A stretch of DNA of 64,000 bases from Ylistrum balloti (taxonomy: Eukaryota): positions 496,001 through 560,000 of the forward strand of contig NW_026782106.1 in the NCBI RefSeq assembly GCF_031769215.1. The letters are read 5' to 3'. The notes beneath the pieces are model-generated. The model made no database searches and was not told where the DNA came from. It saw nothing but the letters and a program-made list of their open reading frames with translations. The translations under genes were made by a program, and so were the position numbers. Shown one piece after another: positions 24,601 through 37,800 of the stretch; within the stretch, counting starts at the first letter, position 1, and the number at the start of each line of letters is the position of its first letter.

Positions 24601-24712
24601 ATAAAAAAAAATGTTTTGATTTATCAATCAATATGTAGATTAATTTATACTACTTACCAACTAAATATCCAACAGTCGCTATCAAAGCATGCAAGGCTAC
24701 CATTCTCAGCAT
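18649..24712 (-). CDS. Type-I transmembrane C-type lectin with Thr-rich mucin stalk, paralog 3 (about 468 aa)
   Basis: Exons 24712-24658 (MLRMVALHALIATVGYLV), 23701-23408 and 22713-22540 (CTLD), 21882-21277 (TTTTMP repeats), 20807-20724, 19869-19794 (TM) and 18766-18649 (RRTR...GNPLY...ENSFP*). Same exon phases as paralog 2; sum 1407 nt = 469 codons. Confidence 0.92.
19960..20240 (-). mobile_element. Penelope-like element RT C-terminal remnant in an intron of paralog 3
   Basis: Minus-strand FNFTIVNFPFRDNNIPASQTNGVYMSQLNRYS and KAYGRRIDLFEKCSISL resemble the Penelope-type motif 'VNFPFL.SNIP..PAYGVYISQLIRY...FYGR..DLV..Y.IS' (from memory). Confidence 0.7.
21277..21882 (-). repeat. Coding (T3-6-M-P)n repeat, mucin-stalk exon of paralog 3
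   Basis: Highly homogeneous ACAACAACTATGCCGACG-type units between an AG acceptor (21883-21884) and a GTAAGC donor (after 21277). Confidence 0.9.
22385..22569 (-). repeat. 39-bp exon-end/splice-donor repeat, about 4.7 units, in paralog 3
   Basis: Same unit as at 12341-13170; exon-end positions 22540, 22501, 22462, 22423. Confidence 0.93.
22876..23400. mobile_element. Non-autonomous Helentron-associated (HINE/CvA-pearl-like) repeat in an intron
   Basis: Two internal AAGGGCCATAACTC-headed core repeats, a GAC/GACG microsatellite and a GGTCA-rich terminus: the modular layout described for oyster pearl/CvA-like elements. Confidence 0.55.
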
Positions 24713-26759
24713 GCTTGCTCAAGTTCATCCACAGAGGTATAGAAGATCAGTGACGGATACTCCCATCTACCCAAAGTGGTGTGACAACAACACATGATTA
24801 TTGACCTCTGACCTTTATTAGTAACACTTATAGGTGAATGTACTGTACAGATAACCATTGTTTATATAATATTTAAGTCAAAGGGTAGTTGACATCCTAT
24901 CTGATTCATCAATAGGTAAATATAGACGTCTGAGACAATTAATGAATGTTACTAACTTACAAACGCTCGTATTAAGTGGAGAAAACAGGAAAAATAAACG
25001 ACGTACACATGTAGATAATTAATTGAAGAGGTTGTGGACAGGAACGATCATCCCATAGAAAAGTTGGGAAATAATGAAACTTTCCAGATATAAACAAGTG
25101 ATTTTAATTTGCAATAGTCAGAGTGTTAGATATTACTGTTTTAGTGATATTTTGATATCAAGGTAATTTATCACAGTAAATTCTGGGTACATATAGTACA
25201 TGAGGATTTAAATACGTGTTGATATATCTTGGCTAACAGATTAATGAAAGATACAGTGGCACAGGGCATATCTGATTTACAATAAACGCTAAGCGAACGA
25301 GACACCTTTCTTTTAGACTACGCCATGATATGCAGTGCTGGTTTAGATATACATTTTCTTTTATAAATAGTCACTAATTTTCCTTTAAAGTCACCATTAT
25401 GTTATCAACAAGCGACAGGCTGTATCGTTCGATATTGTACCCTCTGACTCTAACTGGTAGAACATGTACTTCCAGGTGTAAATATTGATAACCGCTATTG
25501 TTTATGTAGTATTCACGAATCGAGATAATATCTAAAGGTTACACACCTTCTTAATTCCAACTCATTTTTTATTTCTATATAAATGGGCTTCCAATACACA
25601 ATACATCTTTGAGAAAAGTGAAATTATTGCCGTAAAATTGAATTCAAAATGTGTGACCTTTCTCACGGTAACGGAGGGGGATACCCATTTAGTACGGCTG
25701 AAGGAAAGTTGGCCTTGCACCTTGGGGAGTCGGTAAACACAGGGTGTACGCCTCCAATAAGGATGAAGAATTTTAATTAAATTTAAGTTAGAATGTGATC
25801 GTTGATTGATCAAAATGGACTAAATCTTGAATTCAACGAAATTGTGTCGAAAATAGTGGTCAAGGTACAGGAAACATGAGAAATCAAACTTAATATCTGA
25901 AATCTTTCTCCTTCGATCAGAAGTTGGTACAAGAGATGCAACAAAAATTAGTCTGGAACAATCAACATCAACTATCAAATATGCAAAACGATATATCAAA
26001 AACCCCATTCCTCTTTAGAGGACAGCATAGAAAACCGATACACCCACTTTGAATTATCAGTAGGGTGGGATGATGGTATATAGTAGGTACCTACTAACTA
26101 GCCGAACAATGTTATGGACAGATAATTAATCCCATTCTAAACCATATGGGTATCAGAATCAAGCTGGGTGTCCAGACCTGCCTCCTTTGATCAGTTTGCT
26201 AGTTTTACTGCTGAAATGTATAAAAAAAATAGATGTTCGGACGGAAAAAGTCATGTTACTCTATACTTTGTCCCATTATCATAAGATTGTACAGACACAC
26301 ACAAGTGAATAACAGTTTTTTTATCAAATTTAGAACTGGGTACACTAGAGCCATACACTAAATTAAACTGCATCACACAGCTGTTTCATTCTTCTAGGAA
26401 ATGCTGAAGGCCTAAATTTTGAAACCTAGATTGCAAGTGAGACTCCAGACACACCGAAAGCGATCGAAAGAAATACACAGAGATGTAATAGCCCTATAAT
26501 TAAATAGTTTTCGTAAATTTCATATATATGATAATATCAGGACGTCAATTACTGGCCGCTATTCAAGTAAATTAAACCGTAACATGCAGGCTATTCAAGT
26601 AAATTAAACCGTAACATGCAGGTTACGGCAAACCTCTGGGACTAAAAGTCCATCAGCAGTCTGGAAGGATTAAAAAAAGACACACAAAGTAGGTATTAAG
26701 TAATTAATTCAGTATTAATGAGGTTGGATGGAGTGTCATTTTGTCAGGTGCCCCTAACT

Positions 26760-27780
26760 TTTATCAGGTCAGTCATCCTGGGGCCAGTGCTCCAATGTAA
26801 TCAAGTTTGGGGCAGTAGGACGTTGGGGACCTCTCTTGTCTGAGAAGGGGATTTGTATGGTCAGCCAATCACCTCCTCACCTTGACAGGTTCTGGCCATT
26901 AATAACCTAGCAGGTTTGTAGGTTACACGTGCACCGACCTGCTCAGTCACATTCCCAAGAGCACTGTGGAGTGACCAGGTCCAGGCATCCAGCACTGACC
27001 TGGTTTTAAGATCCTGAATGGAAAAATTAAAAAAGAACCACACACAATGACAGATTTAGAATCTAATGTAGTTATTTAGGAGGCTGTCAGCAGAGAAGAC
27101 CTGGAAGAAGGCAGGGTCCTAAAATGGGCAGCACCTCTCTGCCAAAACATCATAAACTTCACTGAACCTTGGGTATGGAAGTTTTGACATTGTTGGAGCA
27201 TAAAGATCTGAATGAATCGGATATACCTGTTGGTCAGCAAAAACTTCTGCTGAAGGCATTGGCTCAGACATTTCCAATGTGCGGTATGCACAACTTATTT
27301 GCCAAAAATACAAAGAAACCACTTGTTAGGCTTCAGTGGGGGTCAACCAAAAGTCAACAATCATCAAAAGAGGGACATATAGGTCCTTCCACCAGAACAA
27401 GCCAACCCCAAGGATTGGGTTCACAGATTCCATACAACACCAGCAATCATCAGGAAGGAAGAGCGACTCAAGCCTACCATCAACAGATCATAGGCCAACA
27501 GACGACTACTCTGGCCAGTCTGCTTGGCCAAATGAACAATCAACAGACAGGAAACCAAAAATACTCATCCTGTAATTGAATCAATATCATGGTGGGACCC
27601 ACAAGTGTATCTCCGGGCAGCAGCTACTACAGGTAGGGTGCAGTCTATCTAGATACACTTGATTTGTCAATGTATGGGGTGCTTAAATATCTGAGGAAGT
27701 TCTGGGGTCAGCAGTGGGTGTAGAAGGGGGGCAATTAGTTTATAAAGCAGGTCCATCAAAGCCAAAGTTACAACCATAGC
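26760..27780 (+). mobile_element. Degenerate DIRS-like retrotransposon 5' region / ORF1 fragment
   Basis: GC-richer island. Frameshifted peptides LGMEVLTLLEHKDLNESDIPVGQQKLLLKAL (SAM-like), WDPQVYLRAA, YLDTLD and GQLVYKAGPSKPKL resemble ORF1 of mollusc tyrosine-recombinase retroelements (recognised from memory). Confidence 0.5.
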
Positions 27781-30700
27781 CTCTACCTATACAATAAGTT
27801 CATACAAAGTTGAACTAACATGGAAGCATCGAGATCCGTGTAAGTTTTTACTGGACAAGATATCAACTGAAAGATGCAGAACTCTTTCAATGTAATCCAT
27901 AACCATACACACACAGAGAGATCTCGACCAAGTTTGCTGTGTATGTTTATCTTCAAAATATCAATTTGATAATTTTAATTTTGATCAACATCCACCATTG
28001 TAAAAAATTTGATTGCTTTTTTGTTGCATCTCCAAAAAATCACATGAAAAAACCTCTTCAGACTTGCAATATGTCAATGTTAAAATAATTTTCATTCACA
28101 ACTATACTGCAGTCCAAGACAACATCATTGTACTAACATAGTGATTATAAACAAAATCCTTTCCACTTTTGGTTACCTTTACTGTAAGTCTTTAATATAC
28201 TTCTAATTTAATAACATTGTTGTAAGATACATAAGGTATACCAATACATGCTAGGAGTCACATCCAATGAATGGTAAATACAGGATAACATTCTAACTTC
28301 TCAAAAAATAAAAAATTCATTATGCTTCGGTGAAGGCATGTTTGCAGCCATGGATTTAACAATTTTGGTAAAGCACCTTAACATGTCCATCCATGAAGAA
28401 CATTTGATTCTACCATATCTGGGTGTTGAGAAGAAGATTTCTGACTGTGTAATTCACAATTTTGGTTCATCTTAGGTCAGGGAAGGTTTCTGCAAAATTT
28501 AATTGAAAGCAGAGAAGGAGTTTTTGAGAAGTTGAAAAATGTTAAATTGTTAACTTATGCATGACACCTGATGAAGGTCATTGCAACAGGTCACCATGAG
28601 GCTTTGTCTCGGGTGACCTTATAATACAGAAATGGGTCGGGGTGGGGGTAAAAATATACACACTAAGATTCTAATTATATTGGAGTGATCTTAGAAAAAT
28701 TGCATGAAGAAAAAACAAACAAAAGAAACAATTTATTGTTTAACTTTCTTAAAACATTTCAACAAACAACAATGGATGAAACATTTTTACTGAAACATTT
28801 ACAAATAGCATTATACATGTATAATTCTTTTGCCATAAAACAAACTCATGTGATGATTGCATGTCTCTAAACTGGGAGTTTATATGTAAATATAAACTAG
28901 AGAAGGACTATTGGTATAACTTCTTCTATCACAAGAGTTCATTCTTTTACCAAACTCAGCAGAACATATTGCTTTAACATTGAATAATATTCATACAATG
29001 GAATTTGTTATTATCATTTACTTAATCCTCTTTTGCAAATGAATTTCTTTTCCAGTGTTTACCAATATCTTTTTCAGTTAGCTGATTTTTCTAATGCTAA
29101 AGCCATTTTAGGGAGATGTTGGTTCTTTATATAAATGTTCAAGTACATATAGTGTAAACAAAACAGGTGTGACATGTTAAAATTTGCTTTCAGAAATTCT
29201 ACAATATCCACTTTCAAATTGATCCTTATGAAAATTTCTCAGATACCATTCTTACTTTGAGTAATCAAGTTACAACTTTATATCTATTAAGCATAATTTT
29301 GGAAATTTTTCCTTTTAATTTAGAAGTGAAATACAAAATGAGAGTAAAACAATGGTTTTGCAACATTAGACAAACATATATCAATGTTCATATTTACATA
29401 CAAGATGAGAGTAAAACAATGGTTTTATAACATTAGACAAACATATATCAATGTTCCTATTTATACACCATATTTACACGAAACAAGTTAAAACATCAGT
29501 AAAACAATAAATTAGGATTAACAACTGGTAACAAAAACAAAAGTATATGCAGTCATTTAAACAAAAACTTAATTAAAAATAAACAACGAAACATCTTTAT
29601 AGGATTCTGTAAATATAATTTAACAAGAACAATGTTAAATGCAATAAATAAAGGATTTTAACAACAATAATTGTAATATGAAAAGAATAGATAACATCTT
29701 CCTCTCAGACAAAAATTAAAATCAGTGATATGTCTAACATTTGATATAATGTATCCATTCAAGAACAAAGTGTAAATGTGTAATGATAACTTTATGGTGC
29801 TTATCTGCCAAAGGAAATGACAATTTTTTTATTTTATTTTTTTTAACTTAATTTCTTAATGGCTCCAGTCTCAGCATACTGATGTATATGGAAATTTACC
29901 ACCTAGACCAAAAAAGTGGTATTTGGAATGTATTTTGGCTGTAACTATTAATTACTTTAAAGAAAAACCAAAGAAATAATTATATGAGTAGCATCAGAAA
30001 TTATATCATACACCAAACATGACCAGAATCCAACACCCTTGTATGGTTATATATTTTATATATAAGTTTTATGACTACAATAAATCAAATGTTACAATGT
30101 TTCAAGTCAATGTCTTTCAATATGTGACACCACAAATCATGATATTTACTCATTTGCAAATGACAATAAATCAGTGTTATATAAGAAAATATGACTTTTT
30201 TAAAAAGAAATTCAGAAACTTGTTTGTTAAGCTTTCTCTTTCACCAATTAACAGATCAAAATTATCACATATACACACAAGAGTATCAGAGAAACTTATG
30301 AATGCTCCCAGAAAACAACTTTATTGGACACAAAATTCAATCAATAATTATGTAATCATAAGTTGTAGGCCCTGAATTTGGTAAACTGCACATTCTCTTA
30401 GTATGACCAATGAATACTCCGAGTTTCAATAACTCCTAAATTATGCAAAAGAGACTTATGATTCATGTACACTGCACTCTCCCATCGAGATCTATCTACC
30501 TATAAAGTTTCATCCTAATACCTCTTAGAGTTCTGTGAAATGCTTCGGACAAAATTATGACGGACAGATGGATAAATGGATGAACAAATGGACGGACTGA
30601 CCAAGTGGCAACTATATGCTTACATTCGGGGAGCATAAAAAGTATGTATGAAACTAACAAATGAATACATTAAATGTGAATACCTGGTGGTTAAATATGG

Positions 30701-31806
30701 ACAGATATATACCTTTGCATACTGTACTTATACATATTTAAGCATTACTGTCGTTTTGTGTGCGTTTTGTACTGATAGGATTAAGTTATATAACATGTAC
30801 TGTGAGTGTATAAATTCACAACTGTGCTAAGTTAAATTTAATAACTCCAAGATTAAGAATGTTAACACTATAACAGTTTATAAATTATGGTCAACATTAA
30901 CATTTTGATAAAAGGCTGTTTCATTACATATCCAGTAATGTTCAACTAGGAACTGGGTAACAAAACAGATAGACGATAAATAACATAATAAGTAAAACAA
31001 CAAAACGAACCATCTACTGAAAATAAATTGTATCTTTGTCAACATTTTCTTTTCAAATACTGCAATATTCATAACTTGGCTATGATTTTGAATTCTGTAT
31101 CAACTTTGTTGATTTTTGCTGTAATAACTGGTACACATATACATGTATACATATTAATAAGTGTGTTTTTCATTTCTTGTTTTTACAAATGATATCTTGC
31201 ATGTTAATCACATGACTTCAATATATTTTTGAAAAATTTGTAATATTACCATAATTGTTTGTAAGTCTATTTATTACTTTAAACATGTCCTATTGCAATG
31301 CCAACTTTTTAAACATGTCATGAAGGTGCAAATACAAGGCAAAAAAAAAGCCATTCATGAAGTCATTTCAAAACAAGCAGTTGTAAAGATCAAGTTATTT
31401 TGAATAAATATTTTTCAATAGGTTCGATATCTTAACAAACATAAAAAATAATATTATCAACAAACTATTTTCAACATAATATTTAATAAATATTACTTAT
31501 TTCATACTAAAATAAAATAGTTAAAATTAATTCATAACGTCAAGAAATTTTCTTATCTCTAATATGACATTGAAATCTGAAGCAAATACATCCTTAACTA
31601 GATTGAATTATGGGTATTTAATGCAATTTGTAATATGATCATATAAAGTATTGAAAAAAATGCTTTTAATTAAGACTTTTTTTGAGGATTTAATATCGTG
31701 TTAGAGAAGTGGAACAGTTCAACAACTTCGATTCTTCCATTTTCTAATACCTTAATTGATAGTTTCTAAATTTAAACAAATTTTTTTTCAAGGCATTGCT
31801 CGTCAA

Positions 31807-34800
31807 TTACTCCTCCATTAAATCAAAGGGGTCAGAGTCATACATATCTTCAGTGTCAACTGCTGCAGGCAATGTAGATACAGATGTTATTTTGATTTCT
31901 TGTATTTCAGAATTGTTCTCACATACAGGTAGGTCTAGTAATAATCCATTTTCTTCATCTGATTCTTGTGAGTGAATATCTGGTACTGTTTGTTCATCAT
32001 TACAGGGCAAAAGATTATTGTCATTGTTCACAGGTGAAATTTCTGTCTTAAGTTCCACTGTCACTGTAGCAGGTGCTGAAAATGAGACTTTTTTTGAACA
32101 TGCTTTCTTTTTTTGAGGCATTTTTTTTTGTACAACTTTACCATCATCTTTCTTCGTACACTTTTCATTATTCTGTGATGGAATTTCTTCTGAGGTTATT
32201 TCTGTTGCCTCAAGTGTTTTGTTTTCTAACAAATCCTCCTTATTAGATGAAGAAGCATTCTTTGTAAATGATTTGTTTTGAAATACTGTTTCATCAGGAC
32301 TGTTTTTGGTACATTCACCCAGTGCTTTCCCATTAGAAATTGTCTCTGGAACTGCAAAAAGATTTTTCTTTGTTTTCTTTTTCTTTGGCTTTGCTACTGC
32401 TTCAGATTTATACTTTCTCTCGGGTGTGAAAGGGGGATTGCTTGCTACATAATTACTCTTCTGTCTGCCGTTAGGAGGATTTTCTACTTCTTCATCATTT
32501 AATTCCATAGTAAATATATCACTATCAAACTTCATTGCGAGATGATTTTCCCTTGCTGAAACTGTATTTATGGTATCACAAGCATCACTTTTTGAAAGAC
32601 TACAATCATTAGTTTTCATTTCTGCATTTTCAACTGGGAAATTGCCATTATTTTCAGCATTTTTGACTTTCCGTCTTTTGATCGTTTTCACCTTTCCTTT
32701 CCTTTCTTCTAATGTCTTTCCGTACACATCTTCATCTTTCTGTTTTCCAGATTTCTTAGAGACTTTTGTCCCTCCTTCATTGCATGTGGATTTCCTTTTT
32801 ATTCCTGTCAATAGATAAGGAAATATACAATAATTACTTTGAATGATGTACAACAAAGGATGAGTCATCCAGATCTGCAACCCACAGAAATGTTGAAAAT
32901 AAAGATGAATTTATCAAGAAAAAATATGGACAGTGAACACTGAGTGAAAAAAAAACTCAAAAAACAAGATGACCACAGGCCATAATGATCATCTGACTAC
33001 AAAAACTTAAAACAAGGAGAAGGATTATTTTTGTCTACTTTGAATGAAATCTTACGAAGCACTATGGCTATGGATCATCATGACCCTGGGTCAGATGACC
33101 TAACAATCATGCATTTGATTTTTGTCATTGTTGGAAACAATAACAAACATTTCCAATACAACAGCAAAAACATAGAAGATTGTGTAACTAGACTACATGT
33201 TAAATATAGAACTGGTGAGTGACTTAACTGTATTTTTTCACAAAAACAGGAAAGATATGGAAAAATGCACTACTGGGCTACATTTTTCATGTACAAAAGA
33301 TGTTTTTAAGAAGTTACCAGTATCTTGAAAGTTTTTTGAGACAATTTTGTTGTAGCTGGAAGCTACTTTAAACAGTGCTTGAGATATGCTCAAATTTGTG
33401 AAATGAGTAATTTAGACTTCTAATTGGCATGAAACTGACCTGAAAAGATTGATTGACAAGTCAACACTCGAAAAGTTCAAATATGGAATGCTTCTATAGG
33501 TCCCATACAGAAAAACCAATATAATTTATTTATTATGAAAGAAGATCCCTTCACAATTAGTTCTGGAGAAAAAGAGATAGTAAACAACAATCTGAAAGGC
33601 CCAGTTCAGCATCTAACAACAAGTGGTAGGGTGGAACAGTGGTAAAGCACACAACTTTGACCCAGCTGTCCATGGTTCGATTCCCTGAGTGGATGTATCA
33701 CCCAACCCCAACTTATGTTCAGGCCTATAACTTGTTTCACAATTGTTTAAAAATATATGGAATTTATATAATGTATTCTAAACCCTCTCAGAGCTTTCCG
33801 CTGTTCCATATACATAAAAGAATTTGCTGATTTCTTATCAAAACTCAGTCTACATTTAAAGCAGTAAATCAACTTAACAGCTGTTGTAAAATTCCAAATA
33901 TGCAGTACATCAACAATAAGATGAAATTTAAACTACTAGGTACATCAACAATAACACAAAACAAGAAAAAGGAAGTAAACACTTGACAAAAATCAGTTTG
34001 CAAGAATCCTTCCAGTATTCCACTTTTCATATCCTTTGCCTTCTTCAGTTACCCACTATTTAACAGATTTATTGACCTACCTTTAGGTTTCTTTAAAGGA
34101 GAAACATCCTTTCTGGTCTCAGTAGACTCTGTGAACATCTTGTCTTCAGATATTGTTGGAACAAAGTCTTCATCTAAAGATAGCCAAAGTAATAAGGTAT
34201 AAAATAACATGGAAACATTAAGTAACATCAGAATGTTCAAAGAGAAATCATGATTAGGTCAAGGCCTCAAAACTGAACAAGAGGCCCAATGGGCTTGCAT
34301 GACTCACCTGATATTCACAAATATATTTACATGTACACCACTGACATTCAAAGTTGGTACATCCAATCAGTCTTAACCAATTTCCACAACAAACAGCTTA
34401 TAGTACTCAACTCTATAAAATGACAGTTGTGACTTGGATTAAACTTAATTGCTATTTCTTTTATTTTCTCAAAATTTGTTGGACTTTGACCTAGAAACAC
34501 CTTTCCACCAAATCCACCTGCTTTTCAGACTTTTGGTTTAACAGAAGTTGTGTCAATGTTTTAACAAATTCAACTCCTGTGACTTTGAAGGTGGGTCAAG
34601 GTCAATTCTTTCAGCAAACTTTGCTGCACTTCATCCTTGAAACCTATCAACCAAAAACCATGCTTCTGCATCATTTACTTCATCCGGAGTTTCAATAGTT
34701 CAACAAATTTGACCCCTGTGACCTCTGTAAGGGGCAAGGTCATTTTTGCCATTTTTATTGAGCTTTATTCTAGGAATCTATCAACTATATACCATACCTC

Positions 34801-37800
34801 TGCACCTTTTGGTTAGTCAGGAGAAGTGGTTTTAAGGAATTTGAATTTTCTTATATAAAATCTTCCATCCAGAAACAGTAGAACATCTGAAATTTAAACT
34901 TGACCCATTTTTTCCACCAGGGGTCAGCTGAGTTCAAGAGTTCAATATGTGCATTTCATGTTCAAAAATAGGATTTTTTTCTGTATAAACTATAGTAAAC
35001 TTAACCCCCTCTCCCCTTCTCTCCTGGGGTCATGAAATTTACAATTTCGGTAAAGCATCTGAAGGCCTTTTAATCCATGAAGGGTACTTGATTTTACCAT
35101 ACTTGGGATCTGAGAAGAAGAATTTTGAAATTTCAGTCTATTTGACCCATTTTTGGCTCTGTCCCTCGGGCCCCTGAAGGTTGAGGACCACATCATTTAC
35201 TCTTAAATGCACTTTTAGCCATGTAAGGTTTTTGTAAAATTTCATTGAAATTGGTTCAGGAGTTTCTCAGAAGTCGAAAATATTAAACGTTTACAATGCA
35301 GGACGCTGGACAAAAGAGGATCGCAATAGGTCACCCTGAGACTTTATCTCAGGTGACCCAATAAGTTGAAGCAAGGTGTATGACAAACTACACCCTTGAA
35401 CCCAGGTGAGGTAATACATTCTCTCAATACTCTGTAAGACACCTATAACTGAAGACTTACCATTAACATCACTCAGTATCTCACTTCCAAGGGAATCTAA
35501 CACCTCTTCTATTCCCTTCAGGACAGATTCTGGTTCCTCAGATAGCATCTCATCCACAGTGGAGGAGTCCAACATGTACATGACTAGCTCTTGCTGTTTG
35601 CCTGTGGTGTGTTCCTTAGGTTTCTTGAGCTTCTTTTTGCTGTTCTTTGGGGTCAACTTAACTCTGCAATGCTTCCTTACTGTTGAAGCAAAATGTTATT
35701 AAAGTTCAATTTCAACTTTTAACAAATCTCTTGTCTTTGGTTTGCGAGACAGAATATTTCATGCAGATATTTTTCCAAATTGCACATTTTCAGATGATAT
35801 TCAGAAGTAAAAAAATAAGATCTCCTACATTGTGGTTACTAAATCTGAAGCAATTAAAATACACTGGATGTATATATAACTGCCAGGGTAACAAAACTTT
35901 TAGATTAATTTTTTCTCACTTGACTATTCTGGAAATATTTATAACAAGATTTAAACAGGTACAAACGACCATTTATGGTAAGTGAACTTTTTTCAACAGT
36001 TGACTATTTCTTCTCTGCACAATTCATCGAAAGAATTTTACCCTAGAGGAAATAAGCAAGGAAAATTCACTTATAAAGGTGTGTAAAGGGAGTTAACTCA
36101 AAATTAACACTGAAAAGAAACTGTTTCAATTTGAGGGACAGCACTTCAGTTAAGTTAATTGGACCTGTTATAATGATTGAATTAAAATGTGTTTCATACC
36201 TAATATGAAAAATTCATATCGAGATTCTATCAAACTAAATGTTATGTTTTCTTGATTTTTCATCAGTAATTACTGAGAACCCCTAAATTATACAACTCTA
36301 GAGTATACATTTGATTTGCCACCTGTATTTATTTCAGCTGATAAACTTAAGTCAAAGGGAGATGATCATCTAGATCTAACTTGTTTATAATGCATGTTGA
36401 CTTGAGTTTTTCTAAATGAACAGAATCATTTATATATCAATTTTGTTTATTGTATACAGAATATTTTTTGTTGCAGTATAACTTTTGCCCATTTCGTCCT
36501 TTTGTCAATAGGATGAAAACAAAAGACCCAAGGGCCTTAAATGTCACTTGAGATACAATTCTGTTGTTGTTCATGTAACATGTCATAGAAATAATTTCGT
36601 TAACAAAGTAGGAAAACTTGAACCACATCGTTAAGAATTTTTGAATACAAATAATTAAACTATGCCCAAAATGAGATGTTCCCACATAAACTATAATAAG
36701 CTTTACCTCTCCCCAGGGGGTAATGTGAGATCCTGTATTTTTGAAATTCAAAATTTTTGTAAAGCACCTAAAGAACCTTTAATCCATGAAGAGTTTTTCA
36801 TTCTACAATATCTAGGTGTTGAGAAAAAGATTTTTGAAATTTGAGTCATATTGACTACTTTTGGCCCACCCTTCAGGGGGCGGAGACCATTTATCTATAA
36901 TTTTGGTCGCTATTGGCCATGAAAGGTTTCTAGTAAAATTGAAGACAGTTTACGAAGCGAAAAGTTGGACCAAAAGGTGATCACAATTGGTCGTCATGAG
37001 ATTAGCTGATTTAATAAATCGCAGTTTCAAGTTAGAGAAAAAAAACTTATGTTGCTATGATTATAGGACAAATGTTACTCTGGGAGAAGACTAATATTTT
37101 GTTGGAAGGGCAAGAATATTTACCTTGAGCAAATTTTCTTGTAGGCTACATGTTCTAAATCTTTCCCTACTGACCAGTTCGGAGGCCTTGTTTATGGTTA
37201 CTAACAGCTTACTTTTAAGGTTTTGATCCCATATTACTTATCCACTGTGTACACAGCCATACATGTAAACCCCATTTTTGTTGAAAATAGTGGGATATCA
37301 CTGTAAAAACGTTACTCTTTATGTTGTTATGCTTCTATGATATCAAGATGTTCAGTCGTTCAGGAAACCTCTCTTAAATTTAGATCTGGTAACATCATCT
37401 GACAGTTTTGAAAATGAGGCAGTTCATCTATATACATAAACACATGTAATGGTGAAGAAGAATGTAGTGAAACAGTATGTTAACACCCATTTTTTGGCAC
37501 CCAAATTATAAATGGATAAGTAGACGTTGTTTGATAACTCTAATTTAATTCTGAATCACGAAGCAGCCATCGTTTCTGTAAAAGTCTCACTCCAGCGATA
37601 CACATTGTAATCAACATGCAACGCTTTTCCACTTGGTCAATTTGTCAGTGAATCCATCAGAATACAATACAAGTCCCAATCTCTGCCATCTGCCATGCAT
37701 GTTAAGCCATTCTTGTTTACTGATGTGGTATTCTTTGTGCATGTGTTATTATGACTCAAAGATTAACATATACATTTATGTACAAAATTCAAATTTCAAC

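Noticed and set aside
26558-26621. Perfect 32-bp tandem duplication
   Set aside because: Ordinary local slippage with no functional context.
29332-29465. 67-bp tandem duplication downstream of the ZCWPW1 stop
   Set aside because: Two-copy AT-rich duplication with nothing distinctive.
37120-37760. Exon-like segments in a ZCWPW1 intron
   Set aside because: Stops occur in the usable frames and no family is recognisable.
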